Shown piece by piece: positions 8,942-16,890 of a stretch of 45,556 bases of DNA. Origin of the DNA: an uncultured Pseudobdellovibrionaceae bacterium (GTDB lineage: Bacteria > Bdellovibrionota > Bdellovibrionia > Bdellovibrionales > JAMPXM01); contig CAKQVW010000001.1 in the NCBI GenBank assembly GCA_934277865.1, positions 1-45,556 on the forward strand, written 5' to 3'. Under the pieces are notes generated by a model. The model was not told the DNA's origin. It searched no databases and worked only from the letters and a program-made list of their open reading frames with translations. A program made the position numbers and the translations under genes. The stretch's first letter is position 1. Every line of letters begins with the position of its first letter.

Positions 8942-10909
8942 ATGAACGAAAAAATCTTATTTGCGGTACTTCTACTGGCTCCGGTTGTTGGCTTCCTCTT
9001 CAACGGTTTCCGTTGGAAGTCGAAGAACTACATGATCGCGGGTTCTGTCGCGACGGGCGCTGCGGGCATTTCATTCTTGTCAGCTCTCTTGTTGGTCTCG
9101 AAGCTGTTTGGCGAAGGCGCTCCGAAGTCGGTTTCGGCCGGGTTCTTTGATTGGATCTTGGTTGGCGGGCTCCAGGTTGGAGCGTCGTTCGTGATCGATC
9201 ACATCAGCGCGCTGATGGTGTTGGTGGTGACGGGCGTTGGTACTTTGATTCACTTGTTTTCGGTCGGCTATATGTCGCACGACGAACGGCCCTCGAAATA
9301 CTTCGCATATTTGAACCTCTTCTTGTTCAACATGTTGCTTCTGATCTTGGGCGACAACTTGCTCTTGATGTTTGTTGGCTGGGAAGGCGTGGGCCTTAGT
9401 TCTTATCTTCTCATCGGGTTCTGGTTCTCCGACAAAGAGAAGGCGGCCGCTGGCATGAAGGCCTTTGTCACCAACCGTATTGGTGACGCGGGCTTCTTGC
9501 TTGGAATCTTCACGCTCTTCTTCCTGCTTGGAACGGTGAACTTCTCGGAAATCATCGCAAAAGTCGCGGGCATGTCGGTTGAAACGGGATGGACGGGGCC
9601 GCTGACACTTGCCGGTCTTTTCCTTTTTGTTGGTGCTGCTGGTAAGTCGGCGCAGATTCCGCTTTATGTTTGGCTTCCCGACGCGATGGCAGGCCCTACA
9701 CCAGTTTCGGCGCTGATCCACGCGGCGACCATGGTCACGGCGGGCGTCTACATGATCGTGCGCCTGAGCCCGATGTTTGTTTTGGCTCCGAACGCGTTGC
9801 TGATTGTCGCAATCGTTGGCGCGGCGACGGCTGTGATGGCGGCGACCATCGGTCTTGCGCAGTTCGACATCAAGAAGGTTCTTGCGTATTCGACAGTCTC
9901 GCAGCTTGGATTCATGTTCCTTGCGTGCGGTGTTGGTGCGTTTGGCGCGGCGATGTTCCACCTGTTCACGCACGCGTTCTTCAAGGCCCTGATGTTCTTG
10001 GGTTCTGGGTCGGTCATCCATGCGATGCACGAGGAACAAGACATTAGAAAAATGGGTGGGTTGAAGAAGTATCTACCGATAACCCATGCGACGTTCTTCG
10101 TCGGTTGGATCGCGATCATCGGGATTCCTCCGTTTGCCGGCTTCTTCTCGAAAGACGAAATCCTTTGGTTTGCCTTCTCGAGTCCGCTTGGTGGGTTCCC
10201 GCTTTGGTTTGCGGGTGTCGTTGGTGCGGCGTGCACGGCGTTTTACATGACTCGCCTGATGGCTCTTACCTTCTGGGCAAAACCTCGATTCGACGAAAAG
10301 CATACACATCCGCATGAGGCTGGGCCTTCGATGGCAATTCCGTTGATCATCTTGGCGGTCCTCTCGGCGGTCGGTGGCTTCATGGGGATTCCGCACGTGA
10401 TTGGCGAAATTCTCCCTGGCCATCCGGGCAACTGGCTTGAGCACTGGTTGGAAGGTTCCATCGCAAAGCCGGAAGGTTTTGGCCATGGTTCCAAGGTCAT
10501 GGAATGGGCACTTATGGGGATCTCGGTCTCTGTCGCAAGTCTCTCGGCATTGACGGCCTACAATTTCTACGTCGTTGATCCCGAGCGTCCGGCGAAGTTC
10601 GTTGCATCTCTGCCGAAGCTCCACAATCTCATCTACAACAAGTATTTCGTTGATGAGATTTACTTCGCAAAGATCATCAACCCACTTGTCAGCGGAAGCC
10701 GAGCGCTTTGGGCGTTTGTCGATGTGAACTTCATCGACCGTGGAACCTTTGTGGTCGGTGATTTCGTCAAGGGTATCGGATCGACGGCGCGCACGCTGCA
10801 AAACGGAAACTTGCAGCAGTACGCGATGTATATCGCGATCGCAGTGGCGGTGATTTTCTTGTTCTTGCTTGAAGCGCCGAAGCGACTTCTGGAAATCTTT
10901 GGAGGCTAA
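8942..10909 (+). CDS. nuoL: NADH-quinone oxidoreductase subunit L
   Basis: 655-aa antiporter-like subunit (GWEGVGLSSYLLIGFW, KSAQIPLYVWLPDAMAGPTPVSALIHAATMVTAGVY) with a C-terminal lateral-helix/TM extension. Confidence 0.95.
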   Translation: MNEKILFAVLLLAPVVGFLFNGFRWKSKNYMIAGSVATGAAGISFLSALLLVSKLFGEGAPKSVSAGFFDWILVGGLQVGASFVIDHISALMVLVVTGVGTLIHLFSVGYMSHDERPSKYFAYLNLFLFNMLLLILGDNLLLMFVGWEGVGLSSYLLIGFWFSDKEKAAAGMKAFVTNRIGDAGFLLGIFTLFFLLGTVNFSEIIAKVAGMSVETGWTGPLTLAGLFLFVGAAGKSAQIPLYVWLPDAMAGPTPVSALIHAATMVTAGVYMIVRLSPMFVLAPNALLIVAIVGAATAVMAATIGLAQFDIKKVLAYSTVSQLGFMFLACGVGAFGAAMFHLFTHAFFKALMFLGSGSVIHAMHEEQDIRKMGGLKKYLPITHATFFVGWIAIIGIPPFAGFFSKDEILWFAFSSPLGGFPLWFAGVVGAACTAFYMTRLMALTFWAKPRFDEKHTHPHEAGPSMAIPLIILAVLSAVGGFMGIPHVIGEILPGHPGNWLEHWLEGSIAKPEGFGHGSKVMEWALMGISVSVASLSALTAYNFYVVDPERPAKFVASLPKLHNLIYNKYFVDEIYFAKIINPLVSGSRALWAFVDVNFIDRGTFVVGDFVKGIGSTARTLQNGNLQQYAMYIAIAVAVIFLFLLEAPKRLLEIFGG

Positions 10910-10912
10910 TCA

Positions 10913-12526
10913 ATGTTGTCACTGATCGTCTTTCTTCCTCTTCTGGCAGCTTTGATTGTGGCGGTATTGCCGAAAGAGTCGTGGGTTCGCCCGACGGCCT
11001 TTGCGCTGGCCGCACTTCAATTCTTGTTCTCCCTGATGCTTCTTTCGAAGTACGATCCTTCCACGCCGGCTCTGCAGCTGGTGGAGTTTGTTCCGTGGGT
11101 CCCGGCTCTTGGAATCTCGTACTTCCTTGGAATCGACGGTATTTCCTTGTGGCTGGTGCTGCTGACGACTTTCTTGCTTCCGGTCGTGATTGCCGGCAGT
11201 TGGACGGCAATCGATAAGCGCTCGAAACTCTTCCATGCAAGTTTGTTTGTCCTGCAAACAGCCATGCTGGGTTCATTCGTGGCGATGGATCTTGTGCTGT
11301 TTTATGTCTTCTTCGAACTCTCGCTGGTTCCGATGTACTTCATCGTCGGTATCTGGGGTGGGGCGCGCCGCATCTATGCGACCATGAAGTTCTTCATCTA
11401 CACGATGCTTGGATCTCTTCTCATGCTGCTGGCGATCATCTACTTGATGTTCACCGCACAAGAGGTTCTGCCTTCGCGCCAGATGACGGCAAACATTCTT
11501 GAGCTCTACAAACTTGATATTCCGTTTATCGCGGGTCAGTTCCTGAATCCGCAGACATTGCTCTTCTTTGCATTCTCGGCAGCGTTTGCGATCAAGGTTC
11601 CAATGTTCCCAGTTCACACATGGCTTCCGGATGCGCACGTTGAGGCGCCAACACCAGGTTCTGTGGTGCTTGCGGGTGTCATGCTGAAGATGGGCTCGTA
11701 TGGATTCTTGCGCTTTGTGATCCCGCTATTCCCAGAAGCGGCGGAACATTATGCGTGGATTTTCCTCTTCTTGGGCGTTGTCGGAATTTTGTACGGCGCC
11801 TTGGTTGCGATGGTGCAGCCAGATATCAAAAAACTCGTCGCCTACTCGTCGGTTTCTCACATGGGTTACGTGATGATGGGACTGTTCGCATTAAACACGT
11901 ACGGTGTGACCGGATCGCTGTATCAGATGCTGAACCACGGTGTCAGCACGGGCGCTCTCTTCTTGCTTGTGGGTATGATCTACGAGCGCACGCACTCGCG
12001 TGATATCGACAAGTACGGTGGGTTGGCGAAAGTGATGCCGATTTACACGGTCCTGTTTTTCATTGTGACCCTTTCAAGCATCGCGGTTCCAATGACAAAT
12101 GGGTTCGTTGGAGAATTTTTGATCCTGCTTGGTTCGTTCCAAGCTTCGAAGTTCTTCGGAATTTGGGCTGTGCTCGGTGTGATCCTTGGTGCCGTCTACA
12201 TGTTGTGGATGTTTAAGCGAGTCTTCTTTGGCCAAGCCGGAGAGTTGGTCGAAGACGAAAAGCATCCGCTTCACGATCTCGGGTTCCGCGAGATCGCAGT
12301 GATGGCTCCGCTGATTGTGCTCATCTTCTGGATGGGCCTCTTGCCAAATCACTTCCTGAAATACTCGAAGGTTTCGATCGAGCACCTTGTTGAAACGAAG
12401 GATGCTTATCAATTGGCGGCGTTGGATTCAGAAGGGCGCACAGTGGCCTTCGAGTTGCCGGCAAAACCAATTCGTAGCGCAGTAGAAAATGTCACGACCC
12501 GAGTCGCGGGCGTGGAGGCGAAATGA
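10913..12526 (+). CDS. nuoM: NADH-quinone oxidoreductase subunit M
   Basis: 537-aa antiporter-like subunit (KVPMFPVHTWLPDAHVEAPTPGSVVLAGVMLKMGSYG). GGAGG SD upstream. Confidence 0.95.
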   Translation: MLSLIVFLPLLAALIVAVLPKESWVRPTAFALAALQFLFSLMLLSKYDPSTPALQLVEFVPWVPALGISYFLGIDGISLWLVLLTTFLLPVVIAGSWTAIDKRSKLFHASLFVLQTAMLGSFVAMDLVLFYVFFELSLVPMYFIVGIWGGARRIYATMKFFIYTMLGSLLMLLAIIYLMFTAQEVLPSRQMTANILELYKLDIPFIAGQFLNPQTLLFFAFSAAFAIKVPMFPVHTWLPDAHVEAPTPGSVVLAGVMLKMGSYGFLRFVIPLFPEAAEHYAWIFLFLGVVGILYGALVAMVQPDIKKLVAYSSVSHMGYVMMGLFALNTYGVTGSLYQMLNHGVSTGALFLLVGMIYERTHSRDIDKYGGLAKVMPIYTVLFFIVTLSSIAVPMTNGFVGEFLILLGSFQASKFFGIWAVLGVILGAVYMLWMFKRVFFGQAGELVEDEKHPLHDLGFREIAVMAPLIVLIFWMGLLPNHFLKYSKVSIEHLVETKDAYQLAALDSEGRTVAFELPAKPIRSAVENVTTRVAGVEAK

Positions 12527-14022
12527 CAAACTTAATCACTCTTCGAGATATCCTCGTTATCTCGCCCATGATCGCCCTTTTGGTCATGAGTTTGATCCCT
12601 GTCCTGATGAAGGTCTTTAGCGACAACAAAGAACCAAAACCCTTTGTCACCGTTGTCTACGCGCTGTTGGGTGTGATTTTGGCAGCGGGTTTGACGCTTT
12701 CGCTGGCCGGAATCAAACAGACCGCGTTCTCAGAAGCCTTGGTTTTTGACGGCATGGCGGTGTGGGGTTCGTTGATCGTTCTATTTAGCGGCGCATTTGC
12801 TCTGATGTTGGCATTTGACCACGTCGAGACTGACTCGAAACAGTTCTCCGAACAGTGTTTCCTGATGCTGGGAAGTATGATCGGCATGCTGATTCTCATT
12901 CTTTCGAACGACCTCCTTGTGACGTTCCTGGGAATCGAGATGATGTCGCTTTGCCTCTACATCTTGGTGGCGCTGAGCCGCGAAGAAGTTCTGTCAAAAG
13001 AGGCGTCGTTCAAGTACTTCATCCTCGGTAGCTTCGCATCGGCGATCTTCTTGTATGGAATCGCCCTTCTGTACGGCACAGTCGGCGGAACAAGCCTGCC
13101 TGTGGTGGCGGCGAAAACTGGCGAACTTCTGACGAACCACAACCAGCTGTTCTACATCGGCATGGCGATGGTCATCCTGGGGTTTGCTTTCAAGGTGTCA
13201 GTATTCCCGTTCCATTCGTGGACGCCGGATGTTTATCAAGGTGCCTCGACGCCGATTACTGCGTTCATGGCAACGGCGGTAAAGGCTGCGACGTTTATCG
13301 CGATCTTGCGTCTTTTCCAGCACGCAGATCCATCTGGTCCGAGCGCATTTCTGGCTGAACCGAAATTTCTGACGGTTCTGTCTTGGCTTGCGGTGCTGAC
13401 GATGATGGTTGGCAACGCTGCAGCCGTGATTCAGAACAACTTCAAGCGAATCCTCGCATACTCCTCGATCTCGCATTCTGGTTATCTGCTGGTGGGCGTG
13501 ATCACGGCGGGTTTTGCGCCTCGAATTGAAAGTTCTTTGGCGGCTTCAACGGTCGTTTTGTTTTATCTCTTCTCCTACTCATTGATGACGATCGGCGCGT
13601 TTGCGTTGGTGGCGATCTTGGAGAAGCAAGTTGGACATTCGCTAACGGTTGATGATCTCAAAGGTCTTTCGACACGTAACCCGGTCTTGGCAGGCTCGCT
13701 GGCCTTGATCTTGTTCTCGCTTGCGGGAGTTCCGCCGACGGTCGGGTTTTTTGCGAAATTCAGCCTCTTTGGATCGGCAATTGAACAAGATCTTTACTGG
13801 CTCGCGTTCTGGGGCGTTTTGAGTTCCGTGATCGCCGTTTACTATTATTTGCGTCCAGTTGTGGCGATGTACATGTCGGAATCCACGGAGCGTATCGAGC
13901 TTCAGGATGGATTCCTCACTCGTATGGCGCTTGTGCTGACGGCAATCGCAACGGTCGTCTTTGGACTGGCCTCTTCGCCGGTCCTTCAATTTGTCAGTGA
14001 ATCAGTTCTGAATCGTCTGTAA
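12523..14022 (+). CDS. nuoN: NADH-quinone oxidoreductase subunit N
   Basis: 499-aa antiporter-like subunit (KVSVFPFHSWTPDVYQGASTPITAFM). ATGA start/stop overlap with nuoM. Confidence 0.95.
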   Translation: MTNLITLRDILVISPMIALLVMSLIPVLMKVFSDNKEPKPFVTVVYALLGVILAAGLTLSLAGIKQTAFSEALVFDGMAVWGSLIVLFSGAFALMLAFDHVETDSKQFSEQCFLMLGSMIGMLILILSNDLLVTFLGIEMMSLCLYILVALSREEVLSKEASFKYFILGSFASAIFLYGIALLYGTVGGTSLPVVAAKTGELLTNHNQLFYIGMAMVILGFAFKVSVFPFHSWTPDVYQGASTPITAFMATAVKAATFIAILRLFQHADPSGPSAFLAEPKFLTVLSWLAVLTMMVGNAAAVIQNNFKRILAYSSISHSGYLLVGVITAGFAPRIESSLAASTVVLFYLFSYSLMTIGAFALVAILEKQVGHSLTVDDLKGLSTRNPVLAGSLALILFSLAGVPPTVGFFAKFSLFGSAIEQDLYWLAFWGVLSSVIAVYYYLRPVVAMYMSESTERIELQDGFLTRMALVLTAIATVVFGLASSPVLQFVSESVLNRL

Positions 14023-14039
14023 GGAACCTCGTTTCCTTA
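14020..14039. terminator. Short AT-rich hairpin spanning both convergent stop codons (nuoN TAA and the thioredoxin-like gene TAA)
   Basis: TAAGGAA (14020-14026), 6-nt loop, TTCCTTA (14033-14039). Only 7 bp with no U-tract, so it is weak as an intrinsic terminator. Confidence 0.2.
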
Positions 14040-14639
14040 CAACGCTGTGTGAAGGCGGAGCATCTTACGGATGACGTCCGCCTTGACCATACGAGTGCTT
14101 CGCAGCCTCTCAAAGCCGTCTTTCATCACAAGTAGAGTTCCAGGAGAGCTGACCAGAAACCGCTCGGCAACTGACGGGTAGGCTCCAATGTCGATCTGAA
14201 ACACGGCAATTCGTCCAAACTCTGGCTCACGCAGAATGCCTTGAAGCACTGGAGCTTGCCGCTGCCAAACTGCGTCTGAGGCATGCGAGAAAATTAACAG
14301 AATGGGATTCCCGGCCTCCGCCAGCTGTTTGTAGGAGGCCTCTTCGAAACGAGTTGCCACGTAGGGCGCGGGATTGATCACCTTCGGGGCGGCCGCAGCA
14401 TCTGCCGCAGTTGTCTGCGTGGGCGCGGTGGGCGCGGTGGCCGCGGTTGCCGGTGTGGTTGACGTTGCGGTTCCCGCTGCGGTTGGTGCGTCTGGTGGCT
14501 TCACGGCGGGTGCTTGAGGCGCTGCCGGCGCCTGCGTTTGTGCGGCGCCCGAAACGGAGATCAAGCAGACGGTCAACATCGCGGCGCAAAGCCCGATGAA
14601 ATTGGCAGAGATTGCGAAAGAAGTGGGAGATGATTTCAT
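14037..14639 (-). CDS. Exported or membrane-anchored thioredoxin-fold protein lacking the CxxC active site, with an Ala/Pro/Thr-rich linker
   Basis: Start chosen at MKSSPTSFAISANFIGLCAAMLTVCLISVSGAAQ (ATG 14639), which forms an ATGA overlap with the carbamoyltransferase stop. About 70 aa of A/P/T low complexity follow. The C-terminal domain has thioredoxin-like layout (ILLIFSHASDAVWQRQAP where W-C-G-P-C would sit, and SSPGTLLVMKDG as the cis-Pro strand) but no Cys there. Confidence 0.65.
   Translation of the reverse strand: MKSSPTSFAISANFIGLCAAMLTVCLISVSGAAQTQAPAAPQAPAVKPPDAPTAAGTATSTTPATAATAPTAPTQTTAADAAAAPKVINPAPYVATRFEEASYKQLAEAGNPILLIFSHASDAVWQRQAPVLQGILREPEFGRIAVFQIDIGAYPSVAERFLVSSPGTLLVMKDGFERLRSTRMVKADVIRKMLRLHTAL
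14419..14454. repeat. In-frame 9-nt tandem repeat (GTGGGCGCG x2, then the degenerate units GTGGCCGCG and GTTGCCGGT) inside the A/P/T linker coding region
   Basis: Read directly from the sequence. It encodes the TAPTAPT/ATAAT part of the linker on the minus strand. Confidence 0.7.
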
Positions 14640-16336
14640 AAGAGAGCTCCTTTTGGCTTTTCGACGACAAAAGATCCGATTGCGAGAAGGTCCATCTGTG
14701 TGCCGAGGAAACATTCGATGGCGTGTTCGGGCCGACAGACGACAGGTTCACCTTTTCGATTAAAAGACGTATTGATGATGACAGGAACACCCGTACGTCT
14801 TGCGCTGGCGCGAATCAGTTTTCGCAAGAGTGGATTGCTAGTTTCATCGCAAGTTTGCACTCGCGCTGTTCCGTCGACGTGAGTGATTGCAGGTACAGCA
14901 TCTTGTTTATCGGGATGTACCGTTGGCGCCAGCAGCATGTAAGGAGATGAAATCTTGAGATCAAAATACTCTGAGCAATGCTCTTGAAGAACGATCGGAG
15001 CGAAGGGGCGGAAAGCCTCGCGTTTTTTGATACGTGAGTTCAAAATATCTTTCATTCCGGCAAACGCGGCGTTGCCGATGATCGAACGATTTCCCAAAGC
15101 ACGAGGGCCAAACTCCATTCGCCCCTGAAACCATCCGATGGCTTTGTTGTCAGCAATCGCTTGTCCGACATATTCGCAGAGGTCGTCTTGACTGAGCTTT
15201 TTTCCTTGAATGGAATACTTCTTCAGACAGCTTTCAATTTCATCATCGGAAAATTCGGGTCCAAGATACGCGTGGTCCATTTTTCTTCGGTCTGATTTTT
15301 TTAAAAGACCATGGTAGACAAACAGCGCAGCACCAACAGCGCCACCAGCATCACCGGCTGCCGGTTGAACGAAGATATCCTCGAAGTCGGTGGTCTTTAA
15401 GATCTTGGCGTTTGCCACGCAATTGAGGGTGACCCCACCGGCTAGACACAGGTTCTTCAGGCCGGTTCGTTGCTGCAGCAATTTTGCATTTAGGAGAATC
15501 ACTTCTTCAACGACATCTTGGCAGGCGGCAGCTAGATCGTAGTGCTCTTGTGTCCATGAAGCGTTGCGGTCGCGAGGTGGACCGAATACGTCTACCCACT
15601 TTGAACTCCACATCTGATTACCCGCGCGGAACGCGAAATACTCCTGATTGAGCTCAAAACTTCCATCAGGCATGATCTTTACGACATCGCGGATCTGTTT
15701 GCGGTATCTTTCGGGGGACCCGTATCCCGCAAGCCCCATCAGCTTTCCTTCGCCACCGTGGGCATCAAAGCCTAAAAAAACAGTGACGGCGGTGTAGAGA
15801 AGGCCAAGAGAGTTTGGGTAGTGAATTTCATTGAAGACCTCAATTGAGCGTCCCCGTCCGACACCAACCGAAAAGGTTGCCCACTCACCAACTCCATCTG
15901 CGGTGATGATGGCTGCCTCTTCGAAGCCTGAGGGAAAGAATGAGCTGGCCGCATGGCTAAGGTGGTGTTTAACAAAGTAGACGGGGCCTTTGTAGCCGAG
16001 CTCCTCTTCAATGGTCAGTGGAAGCGACAGCCGTCCGGCTAGCCACTTCGGCATGGCCCGAGAAAATGCCGGCCAGGAAAATGGCCAGCTGCGCAGATGA
16101 TCTTGGATCACTCGTGCAAACTTCAGGAATGGCTTTTCAAAATAGGCGATGTGTTCAACCTGATTGATATCGATGCCAGCTCGTTCAAGACAAAACCGAA
16201 TCGAATGAATGGGAAAAGCGCTGGTGTTCTTTTCGCGACTAAATCGCTCTTCCTGGGCGGCGGCGATAATCTCACCGTCTTTTAGCAGGCAGGCGGACGA
16301 GTCGTGATAAAAGCAAGAAACACCTAAGATATACAA
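14636..16336 (-). CDS. Carbamoyltransferase, NodU/CmcH family
   Basis: 566-aa ORF with the characteristic N-terminus (M)YILGVSCFYHDSSACLLKDGEIIAAAQEERFSREK and downstream HHLSHAASSFF. The TTG start at 16336 matches the family N-terminus. Confidence 0.9.
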   Translation of the reverse strand: MYILGVSCFYHDSSACLLKDGEIIAAAQEERFSREKNTSAFPIHSIRFCLERAGIDINQVEHIAYFEKPFLKFARVIQDHLRSWPFSWPAFSRAMPKWLAGRLSLPLTIEEELGYKGPVYFVKHHLSHAASSFFPSGFEEAAIITADGVGEWATFSVGVGRGRSIEVFNEIHYPNSLGLLYTAVTVFLGFDAHGGEGKLMGLAGYGSPERYRKQIRDVVKIMPDGSFELNQEYFAFRAGNQMWSSKWVDVFGPPRDRNASWTQEHYDLAAACQDVVEEVILLNAKLLQQRTGLKNLCLAGGVTLNCVANAKILKTTDFEDIFVQPAAGDAGGAVGAALFVYHGLLKKSDRRKMDHAYLGPEFSDDEIESCLKKYSIQGKKLSQDDLCEYVGQAIADNKAIGWFQGRMEFGPRALGNRSIIGNAAFAGMKDILNSRIKKREAFRPFAPIVLQEHCSEYFDLKISSPYMLLAPTVHPDKQDAVPAITHVDGTARVQTCDETSNPLLRKLIRASARRTGVPVIINTSFNRKGEPVVCRPEHAIECFLGTQMDLLAIGSFVVEKPKGALL

Positions 16337-16337
16337 A

Positions 16338-16496
16338 TCACAGCCCCGCGTAGATGAACGTCATGATAATGCCGGGCCCGATTTTGAAAAAGAGAACCGC
16401 AAACAAGACTAAGGTAATCAACAAAGGAGCCATGAAGTACAGTTTGTGCTCTCGAATGAGATGTTTCATTTCTCGGAAAAGCAGTCCGATTTTCAT
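16338..16496 (-). CDS. Small single-TM protein, DUF5989-like (carbamoyltransferase-associated)
   Basis: Not in the supplied track (52 aa). I translated it by hand as MKIGLLFREMKHLIREHKLYFMAPLLITLVLFAVLFFKIGPGIIMTFIYAGL. Its TGA lies 1 nt before the carbamoyltransferase TTG. The basic N-terminus, one TM and C-terminal FIY motif match what I remember of DUF5989 proteins found next to these carbamoyltransferases. Confidence 0.6.
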   Translation of the reverse strand: MKIGLLFREMKHLIREHKLYFMAPLLITLVLFAVLFFKIGPGIIMTFIYAGL

Positions 16497-16511
16497 GTCG
16501 CAACTCCGGAT

Positions 16512-16802
16512 TCAGGATTGAAACTTCGCAGCTTCGAGATCTTCATTGTAGCATTCTGCCGCGATCCAGTTCGAGTCTTTTGATATCGTTTTTGCTCCAA
16601 GAGATTTCGAGAAGAAAATCCGGGCGACGACACTCGTCGGACCAAGAACAAAGAAGTAAATAAAGAAGAGCGCCAAGGTGCCAAGAATCTTCTGCAGAAC
16701 GACCGTGACGAGAAACCATTCGAGGCCTCTAAGAGCTCGAAAGATAGGTCTGGGCAGGATCTTCTGCAGTGTCGAATGAAATTTTCCGAGTCTCTTCTCC
16801 AT
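16512..16802 (-). CDS. Small membrane protein, SxtJ-like (short form)
   Basis: 96-aa ORF with hydrophobic segments (WFLVTVVLQKILGTLALFFIYFFVLGPTSVVARIFF) followed by a polar tail. It sits directly upstream of the DUF5989-like ORF and the carbamoyltransferase, which is the conserved trio order as I recall it. Family assignment is from memory only. Confidence 0.5.
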   Translation of the reverse strand: MEKRLGKFHSTLQKILPRPIFRALRGLEWFLVTVVLQKILGTLALFFIYFFVLGPTSVVARIFFSKSLGAKTISKDSNWIAAECYNEDLEAAKFQS

Positions 16803-16890
16803 GAGAACTTCCAGTTTAAGTTCCGCTTCGTAAAATTCAAAGACAAATACAGTCTGGACGAAGGGCTAAGTCGGTGCCACGATCTTAGTC

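Noticed and set aside
16493-16846. 117-aa alternative frame overlapping the SxtJ-like ORF. The alternative frame 14227-14790 overlapping the thioredoxin-like gene is a similar case.
   Set aside because: The alternative frames are Ser/Arg-rich without hydrophobic segments. The chosen frames give coherent membrane/Trx-like proteins and tidy junctions with their neighbours.
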